A DNA stretch of 64,000 nucleotides, taken from positions 8,246,001 through 8,310,000 of the forward strand of contig NC_087437.1 in NCBI RefSeq assembly GCF_036321535.1. Reading direction: 5' to 3'. Source of the DNA: Camelus dromedarius. Its lineage: Eukaryota. How positions within the stretch are numbered: position 1 is the stretch's first letter; each line of letters begins with the position of its first letter. A program made the translations under genes and the position numbers. Below the pieces are notes generated by a model. It was not told the DNA's origin. It ran no database searches and saw nothing but the letters and a program-made list of their open reading frames with translations. Of the stretch, positions 9,296 through 21,909 are shown in pieces.

Positions 9296-12130
9296 GCATC
9301 ATGGCAGGCCTCTGTAGTCTCCTCTGCTCTGGCACAATTCCTCTACCTTTTTGTTTTGTGTGCTTTTTTTCAGTCTTTTATGATATTGACGTTTTGGTGG
9401 AGGACTGTTTTATATTTTAAATGTTCCGGGAGAACATCCATTTTCGTCATCTTTTGGTTGTATGGGGAAGACCTCTTTGCAAGCCAGGCCTTGAAGAAAT
9501 GCCAAACATAGATTCGGCTTTCTAAAAAATTTACAGGTCGCGTCTAACCAAACCCAAACCCCAGCAAACCAAAACCCCAGCAAAATCCAGGAGCATTTGC
9601 AAAGAGGAGGACAGACAGAGGTCTCTTTCAAGGCAGGAAGGAAAAGACCCACCTCCTAAAAAAGCAGGCAGAAGATGTGAATAGGCGGGGCACAAAAGAG
9701 CAAATGCAAGTGGACGGTAACGGGGAAAACAAACAACTCTAGGGTGTCCGGTGAATGCAGACTGAAACAGTGGGAACCTTGTTTAATTTCCAAAAGGCTG
9801 ATTAAATGACTGAGTATGATTCTCCGCTGCTGGCGAGAGTAGGGAAGGAAGTCTTCTCTCGCAGGGCTGGTACTGTGGACACTGATGCAAACTTTATTGG
9901 AGCAGGCGGATTCGGGAGCATGTATCACAGCTTTAAATAGCACTGATTCAGTGTTTAGTGTTACGAGTCCTGTGGCAGGTTCACTGCTGTAGATTTGTGC
10001 TTTGGAGTTTACAGATTTTTATTTTATTTTCTTTAATAGTATGCCTCCCAGCTGGTAAATAATAGAGGCATATCTCTTCAAGAAAATATATTTTTAGTTA
10101 ATTGAAGGGAACTTATTTGCATCAAAAAGATTTCTTTGGAAAAGATTAAGCAAATAATTTTTTTTTCAATAGTAAGTGGCTCTTTTGGGTTAAATATGAG
10201 TTCAGTAAATAGCTTTGCAGTTAGAGTGAAGTGTGTCTGCTTGTCAATGTATCTTGGGAAGGACTATGGGCTTCTGAGTGAGTCCTGTCTAATTCCCATC
10301 AGCCACCCCGAAGAGTCAGAAGTCATCTTGGGTTTGGTAGAAATGGGGTTGCTTGAGGAAAGTCGGGGGCTGTTTTGGTCTGAAGGCTTGAGATCCCGGT
10401 GACCATAGTGGGAGCCGGGGGAGAGGGGTGACAATGAGGAAGCTCTGCTGAGTCCCGTGGCTGGCCCCCCATGGAGGGTGAAGGACAGTAAAGGAGTGAG
10501 TGGCTGGCTCCTTGGCAAGAGGAGGTCAAAATTTTGAGGATGGCCATGAGGATTGCAGTCTGCAAGTCAAATCTGCCATGAGGGTGGGGCTGCTGGTTGT
10601 TGGGGCGGGAGGCACTGAGGCTGGGTGTGGGGATGGCTTGAGCTGGAGGGGAGGTTGGCTGGTGATGTGGATTTGGTGAGAGGGGAAAGCTGAGCGCTGG
10701 GCGCTCAGAGGCTGAAAAGGAGTCTTGGTGAAGGGCCCAGAGTCGCAGAGTCGGAGAACATGGCAGGTCCGGGTGACAAGTGTGTTTACAGTGAGCACCA
10801 CTGTCCTTGTCCCCTCTCATTTCAGGGGAGCTTCTCTGTCATGACAACCTGTCCAGACCTTCTCTTTTCCCTTCTCAAGCAGATAGTCCACTCTATTTTC
10901 ATCCCATCTCCCCCCACCACCGATTCTGTCATTCATTCTAGGACGTTTAACCCTTTCCATGCAGTACCATCCTTCTGCCTCAGTGTACCCCCTTTCACCC
11001 CAGCCCCACCCGTCCTTTATTCTGGGGGAGATTCCTCCCCTCTTCTGCGGTAAGTCCTGCCCCATTTGTCCAGCAGAGCCTGACCCTTCCTCCCTCTGGG
11101 AAGGTGCTGCTTCATTTACACGCCCCCTCCAGCTCCTCGGTCCCCTGGGCACTGGGTCACACACAGAGCTTGGAGGAGAGAGGGCAGATTCCCTTATGGG
11201 CAGCATCAGAGGGAAACTAATCTCCTTAAGTCTCGTTTCTTAAGCATTTTAATTTTCACCTAGTCTCCTCTCCAGAATATGCCAGAAGATGGTTCTAAAC
11301 ACGGGTCTTCCAACCATGGAACCCCAGCCAGGGGAGGGGATGCTGGACCCCTGCCCCACCTCCACCACCCCATTCTGAAAATAGGAGCTTCCAACCTCTT
11401 TCTGGTTGAACACTCTGGTGTTTCAACCAGAGCAACTCTTTCTAATTCTGCTGACAGGATTCCTCTGGGCAAAGTGTTGGTGGCTTAAAGAAAGTGAACC
11501 ACCAGTTTCAAAAATAAATCATGGCATGTGCTGGTGCAAATTAAAGACATTGTATGTTAGCACCTTAATTAACCTCTTTCACATTATGGAGAATCAGAAG
11601 GAATTTATACTCTGTTGTATACTGATCGCTTTCATAGCTTATCACTGGAAAGAGATTAAAACATGGCAAGGCAAAAATAGTCTTAAATAAAATTGTTTCT
11701 GGAAATAACTGACATAAATATTTGTGACCAAGTTGTCTCCAGAATAAGGCCCATCTCCCAGAGGCTGCAGACTGACCTCACGAAATATTTTGTCTCCTTA
11801 AAAAAAAAGAAGGTGACTCTGCAAATGTTCCACCTAAAAGGGCATTTTTCAGAAAGTGATGGAGCCGTAGGTTGTGTAGCCAAGTAGAAAGTAGTAGCTC
11901 TGAATTACTTTTTGTATTTCTGTAATGTAACAATTCAGTGTGGGCATTGCCAAGTGGAGCTGTACCCACAGTGCCTAAGGCAGACCTCTCAGAGTCTCCT
12001 TCCCCTCCGTACCTTGTAGAAACGGCCTCTTGGGGTGCACGTGCATGCGCATCGCCAGTGGCCCATGACTTGGGCCCTTCCCCCTGCCTTTCCCTTACTT
12101 TTCTGCATTAGAAAAGGATGAAGCAGGGTA

Positions 12131-12272
12131 GGGGCTGCATATAGCTCAGTGGTAGAGTGTGTGCTTAGCATGCACGAGGTCCTGGGTTCAATCCATTAAA
12201 TAAACAAGGGAACAAACCTAATCACCCCACCCAAAAAATACCAAAACAAAAAAATTTTTTTTAATAAAAAAT
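12131..12272 (+). mobile_element. tRNA-Ala-derived SINE (short internal deletion after B box)
   Basis: tatagctcagtggtagag...ggttcaatcc, aaacctaat tail. Confidence 0.85.
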
Positions 12273-12404
12273 TTTAAGGTAGGCATGAAAGGTGGGCGGC
12301 CTCTGCTCCTCTGACTTGACCCCTTTAGTCTGGCTTCCTGGTGGACACGTGGAAGGCCCACCCTCTTGGTATGTAATCCTCTTAACTCCTTGGAATGATG
12401 CGAT

Positions 12405-12800
12405 GCCTTAGTGTGAGCTCCTACAGAAACAGAATCCAAGACAAGGATCTGGGTGCAAGTCCTGGTTCATTTGGGATGAAGGTAGGGGAGCGGAGAAGTG
12501 AGACAGGGAGGAGGAGGGGGCCAATAAGGGGTGCGTTACTAAGCCAGTTCCCCCTGAGGGCGATGGGTGTGGAACTCTGCGGGGGGATATAGAGACTTAC
12601 CCCAGAGTTACTCCCCTGAGAGGGGGATGAACTGGGGTCACGTCTTCCTTCCATCTTTGGTTGAAGGCTGTTCTTGACGGTGTGAGTGGCAGCAGATTAC
12701 AGTGATGGGGGAGATGGAGCTGCTCGTGGGGGTGGAAGCAGCAGGTGTGCTCCCAGGTGGGGAGCGAAGGGGACCTGGGAGGGGACCGGCAGGGCTCTCT
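12405..12800. mobile_element. LTR33/LTR16-like ERVL LTR
   Basis: cagaaacaga...agacaaggatctgggtgcaagt...gtaggggag...aagtgagacaggga...ccaataagggg. Confidence 0.55.
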
Positions 12801-13209
12801 CTCCCAGGCCTTTGAGTGAGCTTCGTGGTTTGATGACAGAGGCACGGTGGTCTCTGGTGTGGACTGCCCCACGCCTGACACCTGGATTGTCCCTTGAGCA
12901 CCTTTAGTTCAATCGCCCCTTAAAAAGGCAAGGGAAAGCCCGTCACCCTTCTCCCCAGTTTAGTCTTTGTTTAGAAACCGTCCCCAGCACCTCTCCCTGC
13001 AGGTGGTTTCAGCCCCCGCTCCGAGGGCCACCCCTGAGAGGCTCACTCTCGGAGCTGGCGCTGTCCCCGCACAGGAGCAGTGGTGAGAAACCAGGGCCGC
13101 GGCCCCGCCCAGGCGCAGGGCTCCTGGTTCGCTGTCGGGTGCCCCAGGCAGGGAGCCCTTAGTGGTGAGTCAGCTGATCATCCCGGACTTGTGGGTGTGG
13201 GCACCTGGG

Positions 13210-13375
13210 AATGCGGGTCAGGCGTTCTTTGCTTCCAGACCCGGCTCTGCCTTACTGGCTGGGTGGCACTAAAGGAAACAATGTTCCATCTCTCTGAGCC
13301 TCAGTTTCCTGAACATTAAAATGGGATTACTGAGACCTACTTCATGGCATTTGTTGAGGATAAAATGGGTTAACC
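13210..13375 (+). mobile_element. MIR
   Basis: ctctctgagcctcagtttcct...taaaatggga...gttgaggataaaatg. Confidence 0.7.
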
Positions 13376-14024
13376 TCGAAATGGACTGGAATTGGGTAGA
13401 AGAGGGGGTGGGGGAGTAGAAAGGAGGAGGCCGGTGGTGACGCCACCTACCCTCAGTGAGACCACAGGCTAAAGGGCGGAAGAGTGGGTTTGGGGGCATG
13501 ATTGTGGAGGATGTTGAATCTCAAACTCACACAGACCTCGGGGCTTTGCTGCAGAGACGGGGTGGTGTCCACACTGCGTCTCAGTAGGGCTGAGGAAAAC
13601 GGCTTCATTCAGTCTTGACTGATACGGGATGTTCTCAGCCGACGGGACCACTCCCAGGGCTTAGAACCACACCTTTGGGGGGCTTGATTTTTGTGTCCCT
13701 TTGAACCCCCAGTCCTCAAATCCTGACTGCACCTCGAGGACCCTCTTGGTGTGGTGGAGAATCAGCTTACATGGAAAGTTACTATAAGAATTTAACACTC
13801 TCATGTCTAGACATGGTGCCAACAAGTTCCAGATCTCAAAACCATACATTCGCCACTAGTGGTGGAGGCAGGCTTGTGCTTGACAAGGTGGTAGCCTCTT
13901 AGTCATGAGTCAATTTTGAGAGAACACCTCAGTCTTCCAGGGGTTCCACAAATTCCTCTACGTGCAATGAAATCCAGTGGATCACATTCCAGAAGGTTCC
14001 TGAGAGGGAACTTCCCATTTTTAT

Positions 14025-14184
14025 TTTAATTAAAATTAAAAAAAAATCTTTTCGTGTTTTTTTTTTTTTTTTGGGAGAGGGGAAGGTAATTAGGTTTATT
14101 TATTTTAGCAGAGGTGCTGGGGATTGAACCCAGGACCTTGTGCATGCTAAGCATGCGCTCTACCACTGAGCTACACGCTCCCCC
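14025..14184 (-). mobile_element. tRNA-Ala-derived SINE, 81 nt upstream of exon 3
   Basis: ggattgaacccaggaccttgtgcatgctaagcatgcgctctaccactgagcta; degenerate TSD aac(t/c)tccca(t/c)ttttat. Confidence 0.9.
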
Positions 14185-14265
14185 AAGAACCTCCCACTTT
14201 TATAACAGAGACTGTCCTTGGTGTCACCAGTTTCTCACATGTGTCCCTTCACTCTTTGTCTGTAG

Positions 14266-14411
14266 CGGCTCACGTTTCCCACCTGGAGAACGTGTCTGAG
14301 GAAGAAATGAACAGACTCCTGGGAATAGTGTTGGACGTGGAATATCTCTTCACTTGCGTCCACAAGGAAGAAGATGCGGATACCAAACAGGTGTATTTCT
14401 ACCTATTCAAG
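14266..14411 (+). CDS. KAT2B: KAT2B exon 3 (PCAF N-terminal domain), 146 nt
   Basis: tgtag|CG GCT CAC...TTC AAG|gtgag; (A)AHVSHLENVSEEEMNRLLGIVLDVEYLFTCVHKEEDADTKQVYFYLFK. Confidence 0.96.
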
Positions 14412-14619
14412 GTGAGACCTGAACGTTCTGAAAGGCTCTCCTTCTTCCTCTCACGGTTCATCTGTGCGCATCTGCCGCCCGCCAGCTCAGGTGGGAAGGC
14501 GCTCAGCCTCAGGTTTGCTGAAGCGCGTGCTTCCTCGTGCAGGGCTCTCTACAAAGACCCACAGTCCTCTGAGCATGTCACTCCCCTTGAGAGCCTTCGT
14601 GCTTGTATGCTGAGTTGAG

Positions 14620-15050
14620 TATCTTTATTTGCGTGTGCTTATCGATTTCTTGGCAGCCAGCCATCCGTCCAAGGACCACCTACTGTGCACTTGCTCTGTG
14701 CATGGTGCTCGTGTAGGTGTGAGGGATGGATTGGGGGCAAAAGAGGGTCCTCGCCCTTGTGGAGTTAACATTTCAGTAGAAGAGGCAGACCATCAACAAG
14801 TCAATAGTATATTTGCAGATGGTGATAAGTGCCTTGAAGAGAAACAAAGTAGCATAAGTGGAGTCACAATGGCAGGCACGGGGGAGGGTGTGGCGACATG
14901 GTCACAGGAAGGACAGTTAGGGAAGGCCTCTCGGAGGAGGTGACAGTTAAGAGTCAGGAGCGGAAAGGGCTGGGAGAAGCGCCTTCCAGGCAGTAGGAAG
15001 AAGGAGCGTGCAGCTTGGGTGCTGAGTGAGCGGGACTGGATGCAGGAGTG
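14620..15050 (-). mobile_element. L2 3' fragment
   Basis: cacctactgtgc...gccctt gtggagttaacatt...agggaaggcctctcggaggaggtgaca. Confidence 0.6.
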
Positions 15051-15381
15051 GTAGGGGGTCCCTCATGGGGGGCTGGGGCAGCAGGGGGGGCGCAGAGGGG
15101 ACATGATTGGAGGGGTGGCGCCAATGCCTGGGCTCTTCCACTTCCAGGGGCGGGATCAAGAATTTCCAAATTGGTTCTGGCGTCTCACCGCTGTTCTCTG
15201 TGTCTTGTTGACACCAGTCACCTTATCTTGCTGCCGTGGCCCCATCATGGCTCTGCCTCAGCTCTGTGTGCACCCGGCCCCTCCCTTCCAAAGACAGAGG
15301 TCTCCCCATGTTTCTGATTATGGCCAGGACGGACAGATGTTGGGGAGAAAAACAGGTGGTGGGGACAGATAGGAAAAATTC

Positions 15382-15630
15382 AGGTTGCCAAAAATAGACT
15401 CATAAAAGAGACTGATAGATGGAATAATTAAAAAACAAAGCAAAATAAAATGAACACAACGTTGTAAATTAACTATACTTAAACAAACAAAAATAATCTA
15501 CTTTTTAAGTTCAGATATGTCCCATGTAATATTTAGGACAAACTGGTGTAATATTAGGAGCATCTTACACTAACAATTATTTATCTGAAATTCAAATTTG
15601 CACTGTCTGTATTTTATCTGGAAACTCTAT
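15382..15630. mobile_element. MER53-like DNA element (degraded)
   Basis: aggttgcca...tatgtccca...ttatctgaaattcaaattt...tatctggaaactc. Confidence 0.55.
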
Positions 15631-16764
15631 TTAGTGCATTCATCTATTAAAAAAAACAACCCTGCTACTGAGGGCACAGTTGATTATGTTGTGTTGTGTG
15701 ACCCCTATAAGGATCTTTAAAAACAAAAACAAAACCCAAAACCCTCCACTCAGGGCTTACAGCCAGGAGGAGCCTGCATCTCCAAATGGGTGCTGTGTTT
15801 CATCTTGTAATGATGAGGAGAGAGACATTTTCCTTTGTGTTTCCCCTTTTGCTTTGGCTGCTAGGAATCTCAGGGCAAATTTGATACGAATTCCTATAGC
15901 TTTTTTTTTTGGTGGGGGGTTGGGTGGTCTGAATTGACTTGATAGATGATTTTCCCTTTTCCCCTTTTATTAACTTTTTTTTGTGTGTGTGCTAATGGGG
16001 GTTTTGGGGTTGATAGGGAACAGGAGTGGGAGAGAGAATACTGTTTTTAAATTTTGAGGTCATGGGGGGAAATTAACACTAAAATGGCAAATGGTGGGGG
16101 AGGGGAGAGAGAGAGGGGGAGAACACACAGCTGAGTCCCCCATGCCGTGAGCAGGCGCTCAGCTACTCCAGGTGACAACTTTTGACATGACTGTGGGGCC
16201 TGAGTCACCTGGATTAAACCCTGGCAGGTTCATAGTGTTTGGAGCTTCTTTGGGAAAAGATCTCAGTTGGAGAGAAGCAACATCTGCATGGCTGCAGCTT
16301 TTGTTTGTCTTGGAACCCCGCTCCCTGGCAGGCGGTCCCCCACCGCCCTGTTGGAAGGGAAGGTGGTACTAAGGTTTCCATCCTGTTGGCCTCCTCTCAG
16401 TCCTGTTTATAACCCAGCGGCAGGCCAGAAAACAGTGCTGCACTTTGAAGTTCATTTTCTCTCTCTCTGTCTCACTTCCCTCATATTTAACAATGCGAGT
16501 ATATTTGCTCCCGGGGACAAAATCCAAAATATTCAGCCTTCTCCCCTCGCCTCCCCCTTCCAGAATCATTCTTCAGGGCAAATACATTCTCAATCATCTG
16601 TTTCTTAGCTTATGAAAAGCAGTTCCTGTGTCTCATGTCTCAGTGATGAAATTAAATGAAAATGTACTTACCCATTTTAGCGGCATTTTAGAAACTTCCT
16701 CTTTTGAGGTTGAAAGTAAACTCAGTGAAAAGCTGCTTGTTAAATAAAGGCTCCTGTGTCCTGG

Positions 16765-17135
16765 TGCTGAGCCCAGCTCTCTGGGTTCCAGTCCTGCCTT
16801 CAACACTGAGTGACTGTGACCTCGGGCAAGTCATTCTTTCTCAGTGTCCTTACCTGTGAAATACAGACAAGGATAGCAGCTTCCTCAAAAGGTCAGTAGG
16901 AGGATTAAGGAGATAAAACGTATAAAGAACTGCCCAGGGTGGGAGGGGATAGCTCAGTGGTAGAATGTGTGCTTAGCATGTACGAGGTCCAGGATTCAAA
17001 CCCCAGCACCTCCATTAAATAAATAAACAGCCTAATTACCTTCCCCCTACCCCCCAAAAAAGTAACAAAACAAAACAAAACAAAACTGCCCAGAGTGCCT
17101 GGCAAAAGTAAGGATGCACGTGCTTGCTGCTATTA
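16765..17135 (+). mobile_element. MIR interrupted by a tRNA-SINE
   Basis: ctgggttccagtcctg...gtgacctcgggcaagtca...gaggattaag, resumes agtgcctggca. Confidence 0.7.
16939..17083 (+). mobile_element. tRNA-Ala-derived SINE
   Basis: tRNA head plus tail; TSD aactgcccag. Confidence 0.9.
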
Positions 17136-17317
17136 ACATTTTCGTTTACACCCACTTATCCCGGCTCCATCCTTGTAGATGAAGAAGCCGAGATTCAGCC
17201 TCTCCCCGGTCCACCCATTTACCCACCCCCAGCTGAAACCCACCTTGGGTCAAATTCCCAAATGGTCTTGTTTTAACCAGGCAAAGAAAGTAGGCAGCCA
17301 GAATTATTTGTGTCTAA

Positions 17318-17410
17318 TTTTCTTTTGTTTTTGATGGAGGCACTGGGGATTGAACCCAGGACCTCGTGCCTGCTAAGCATGTGCTCCACCACTGAGCTAT
17401 TTCCTCCCCC
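17318..17410 (-). mobile_element. tRNA-Ala-derived SINE (short tail)
   Basis: ggggattgaacccaggacctcgtgcctgctaagcatgtgctccaccactgagcta. Confidence 0.9.
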
Positions 17411-17701
17411 TGTATTTAAATTTTATGATCAATCTTTTCTTTATATGCACCTCTAGAAGGGACTGAGGCCCTTGTAAGACCTGGCCCTGTGGGGGACATG
17501 GGGTGATCCTCAACCTTGGGGTTCATCTGTTTCCATTAACTTTTGGGAGAAATGTTGCTGTGTTTTGTTCCTATTGACAAGGCAATCAGTGGAGAAAGGA
17601 CGGAAAGATGTAATGAAATAAATGCACTGTTATATATCATAACTGGCCCACGTGTAAGGGTCACAGAAATTCATGCAAAGGTTGAAAGTAAAGAATTTCA
17701 G

Positions 17702-18170
17702 TTATCAGTCCATCAACAGATGACTTGATAGAGAACTGTGGTATATATGCATACATGCAATGGAATACTACTCAGCCATAAAAAGAACAAAATAATGCCA
17801 TTTGTGGCAACATGAATGAACCTGGAGATTATCATTCTGAGTGAAGTAAGTCAGAGAGAGAAAGGAAAGTACCATATGATCTCACTTGTATATGGAATCT
17901 ATAAAAGAGATGAATGAACTTATTTACCAAACAGAAACAGACTCAGACATAGAAAACAAACTTACAGTTACCAGAGGGTAGAGTGGGTGGGAAGGGATAA
18001 ATTGGGAGTTTGAAATTTGCACCTCTTGGGGAGTGATGGAGATGTTAGCTGTCTTGATTGTGGTGGCTTCATGGGTATATGCATCTATCAAAGTTCATCA
18101 AATTGTACATCTGAAATATGTGTAGTTTACAGAAATTATACCACAATAAAGTTGTTTAAAAATTAAAAAA
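17702..18170 (+). mobile_element. L1 3' fragment (composite) with 12-bp TSD
   Basis: L1 ORF2 end/3'UTR, AATAAA plus A tail; TSD aaagaatttcag 17690-17701 / 18171-18182. Confidence 0.85.
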
Positions 18171-18866
18171 AAAGAATTTCAGCATCAAATTTATTTTCAA
18201 ATCCGGTGTTGATCCGTGGTTCAGTGTTCCCTTTTCTTGCTGGTATTTGCTCTTTGAGGGCCTTATGTTCCAGTGGCAGGGACTAAGAGCAGTGTTTTAT
18301 TTTGTGGGCACGGAGATGCCAGAAGGCTTGGCCTGCATTCTGTGATGGAGAGCCGATGGAAAAAGACCTCAGCAGCGAGTGTTGCCAGTTGAGAACCTTG
18401 CAGGATTCCTTCCTGGGCCCTGGATTACGCCCATGACACACAGCTGCGGCACAGGCAGCTCCCTGTCCCCCGGCCTTGTTTGTGCGGGATGGACCTTGGC
18501 CTTTCACGGGCTTCAGTAAGACCCTTCAGGGTGTGAGCACCCCGCGGCAGCCTGGATGGGCATGTTCAGAGCCTGCGCGGTGTCCCTGGGCCCCCGGCCC
18601 AGCCGAATCCTGGAACAGAGAGGACAAGGGAGAGTCCTTAGGAGAGAGGTGGCTGTGGCCACTGCTGGGTGCTCTGGGCTGCCCAGAACATGCGGGTGGC
18701 CGGCTCCTCACAGCTCTGGTTGTGGGCATGAAGGCCAGTTGGGTTATCTGATAGTCACCCATTTTACTGATTTAAGGATTTATTTCCTTGTAACTAAGAT
18801 AAATAGAATGCAATGACTTTCCTTCAAGGCTCTGTGTGTGTGTGACACTGATTGATTTTTTTGCAG

Positions 18867-18959
18867 CTCTTGAGAAAGTCTATTTTACAAAGAGGAAAAC
18901 CTGTGGTTGAAGGCTCTTTGGAGAAGAAGCCCCCGTTTGAAAAACCTAGTATTGAACAG
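18867..18959 (+). CDS. KAT2B: KAT2B exon 4, 93 nt
   Basis: ttgcag|CTC TTG...GAA CAG|gtaaag; LLRKSILQRGKPVVEGSLEKKPPFEKPSIEQ (read manually, not in ORF track). Confidence 0.95.
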
Positions 18960-19726
18960 GTAAAGAGATAAAAGAGCAGCCCCCCCCACCTTTTTTTTCA
19001 ATTACTTAAAGGCTGAACAAACCTCATCTTTCTTCCATCCTCCTCCGTGGCTTAGAGATGTTCATCACGTTGGTAGAAATTGTCTTGAACCCTTTGGATC
19101 AGAAGTAAATGCTTAATTTAATAGATGATCTAGCTTTTGTCTTGTCGGGTTGAAGAAAAAAAATTAAGAAGAACTTGGAGTTCGTGAGAACACATGAAAT
19201 GGGCTTTTTCTTGGTGTTGATGTTTTAAAATTAAGTCTTTGTCCCTTTCTTTGGCACTGTCTAAAAAAGTCTTTTGAGGTAAGGGAATTCAGTCGCAATG
19301 TGAAAAACGACACTGTAGGTCAAGCAAAAAAAGCACAAAAGAGAAATGAGATTTTGTATCCAGAAATTGACTCCCTGCCACAATATGATTCCTGGATGGA
19401 AGCCGAGATTTACGTGGGGAATCTGTTGACACGTGCAGACCTTTTCCATTTGGTGTTGTCAGTGTCTGATCAGTGTCACTTTTTGTCCAGTCACGATTCA
19501 GCTAAGTAAATCTCAGATATTCCTGACGGCATTTCTTGATGAGACTGATTACAGAAGACATGATATCAGAGTCCTTGCAAATACAAATAAATATATTTTA
19601 CCGGTCAGTTTTTAGTAGAAGAAATTTTGTCTTCAAGCCCTACTAAATAAGAATTTATTTTTCCTTTATTTGAAAGTAAATAAAGATTAAATCAATCTAC
19701 AGATTCTTATAAAAGCCCATGTTTTA

Positions 19727-19822
19727 TTTTCTTTTCCTTTTTTTTTTAAGGGAGGTACCGGGGATTGAACCCATGAGCTCATGCACGCTAAGCATGTGCT
19801 CTACCACTGAGCTACACCCACC
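19727..19822 (-). mobile_element. tRNA-Ala-derived SINE
   Basis: ggggattgaaccc...gctaagcatgtgctctaccactgagcta. Confidence 0.88.
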
Positions 19823-20361
19823 TCCAAAGCTCGTAATTTTGAATAAGATTTTTTTTTTTATGTAAACTCGGTGAAACCGGAAGAGTGATAGGTAGTAAAG
19901 AGTTTAAATTCTATTGGTTTAGTTCGTTGAAAGATCTGCTACCAGCCTTTTGATTTGTTACTGTAAAAACATTATATTCATCCAAGAATCTTTATTATAT
20001 GTGAGCTACTCTGTTGATAGCACAGCAGCAGTTATGCTGCAAAATAGCCATACTTTATTGTTTAAGGGGCACTGACCTTTTCAGCCTGCGATTTTGATTT
20101 TCTCTTTAGCGCGGCATGTTTGCACCAGGCATAGAATCACATCTCCCAGCCTCTCTGTCTTGTTGCTTTGCATCCACTGGGATCTGAGGCACGATTCCCT
20201 CTAGGCATTCCTGTTTTCTCATGGGGAAAAGGAAGAGATTGGTGTGAACAGAGAAATGTCTATTCTTTTGCTAACGACCACCAGTAGTGCTGACTGTGTG
20301 GCTGTTCAGAGCTGGGGCGATGGCACAGCTGTGTGAATAAATTGCCTTTTCTCCTTTTCAG

Positions 20362-20543
20362 GGTGTGAATAACTTTGTACAGTACAAATTCAGTCACCTG
20401 CCGTCCAAAGAGAGGCAAACGATTGTGGAGCTGGCAAAAATGTTCCTAAACCGTATCAATTATTGGCACCTGGAGGCACCGTCCCAGCGAAGACTGCGAT
20501 CTCCCAATGATGACATTTCCGGATACAAAGAGAACTACACCAG
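20362..20543 (+). CDS. KAT2B: KAT2B exon 5, 182 nt
   Basis: tttcag|GGT GTG AAT...ACC AG|gtaag; GVNNFVQYKFSHLPSKERQTIVELAKMFLNRINYWHLEAPSQRRLRSPNDDISGYKENYTR. Confidence 0.96.
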
Positions 20544-20742
20544 GTAAGCCGGTGGCCAGTGCCTTTTCTTTGGCGCATAAAGCATGTTTTGGACATAACA
20601 TTTGCTGCTTGCATCTGCAAGTAAAGGGTTGCCCAGTTATCATGAGACTCCATCAATTCAGAGAGAATGTCTCTAATTTAACTCCCCAGACTCTTCATTA
20701 ATAACACGATGTTTTGTGGGGTAAGGGATCCAGATCATCTAG

Positions 20743-21032
20743 ACCTGTGCTCTCAATATGATAGTTGCCAACAATATGTGTCCACTGAGCATCTGAAGTG
20801 TGGCTGGTAGGAACTGAGATTTCTGAAATTGTACCAAAAAAAGAATGTAAAGTGTTTCATTAATAGTTTTTTATACTGGTTGCATGTTGAAATGGTAATA
20901 TTTTGAATATATTGAATTAAGTAAAATATATTAAGTTAATTTCAGCCATTTCTTTTGACTTTTTTGATGTGACTACTGGAAGATTTAAAATGACGTATGT
21001 GGCTTGCATTGTGTTTCTTTTGAGCACTGCTG
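20743..21032 (-). mobile_element. MER33-like DNA transposon
   Basis: ctgtgctctcaatatgatag...gcatgttgaaatg...gactactggaagatttaaaat. Confidence 0.65.
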
Positions 21033-21050
21033 ACCTAGATAACTATTCTA

Positions 21051-21909
21051 CACAGTTACACAAAATCTATGGGGTGCAGCAAACGCAGTCCTAAGAGGGA
21101 AGTTCATAGTGATACAGGTGATACACAATGAAACTTTCTTCAAAAAACAAACAAGCAAAATCTCAAACAACCTAACCCACCACCTGAAAGAATTAGAAAA
21201 AGAACAACAAACAAAACCTAAAGTCAGCAGAAGGAAAGGATAAAGGTCAGAGAGGAAATAAATAAAACAGAGATTAAAAAAGCAATAGAGAGTGGGGAGG
21301 GTAGAGCTCAGTGGTGGAGCCCGCGCCTAGCATGCTGGAAGTCCTGGGTTCAGTTCCCAGTCCTCCATTAAAAGAAAATAAATAAGTAAACCCAATTACC
21401 TCCCCCCATAAAAAAAAAATGGAGAAAATCAATGAAACCAAGAGCTATTTTTCTGGAAGGGCAAACAAAACCAACAAACCGCTGGCCAGGTTCAGCAAGA
21501 AGAAAAGAGAGAGGAGCAAATAAATAACATAGGAGACGAAAGAGGAGAAATTACAGCTGATTCCACAGATATACGAAAAAAAAGAGGGAATACTGTGAAT
21601 AATTACATGCCAACAAACTGGACCACCTAGAAGAAACGGACAAGTTTCTAGAAACAGTCCACCAAAACGGAGTCAAGAAGAAATGGATCATTTGGACAGA
21701 CCAATCACTAGAAGTGGAATGGAATCTGTAATGAAAAAAAAAATTCCCTGCAAGCAGAAGTCCAGGGCCAGATGGCTTCACTGCAGACTTCTACCAAACA
21801 CACGAAGGTGAACTTAGTCTGACCCTTCTCGAACACTCCCAAAGTCATTCTATGAAGCCACCATCACCCTCATATCAAAACAAGACAAAGACACTCCCCC
21901 CAAAATAAG
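21051..21909 (+). mobile_element. internal L1 ORF2 fragment flanked by 11-bp direct repeat
   Basis: homologous to ~62265-62990; direct repeat taactattcta 21040-21050 / 21910-21920. Confidence 0.85.
21294..21419 (+). mobile_element. tRNA-Ala-derived SINE inside L1
   Basis: ggggagggtagagctcagtgg...ggttcagttcccag, A tail. Confidence 0.85.

Noticed and set aside
13851..13866. CTCF-like CCACTAGTGG
   Set aside because: One base short of the CTCF core spacing; only a 10-bp palindrome.
1..14265. KAT2B exons 1-2
   Set aside because: No sequence encoding the expected CKCNGWKNP-type exon 2 peptide was found. The aaacccaaacccc at ~9550 has no supporting frame. This region is intron 2.
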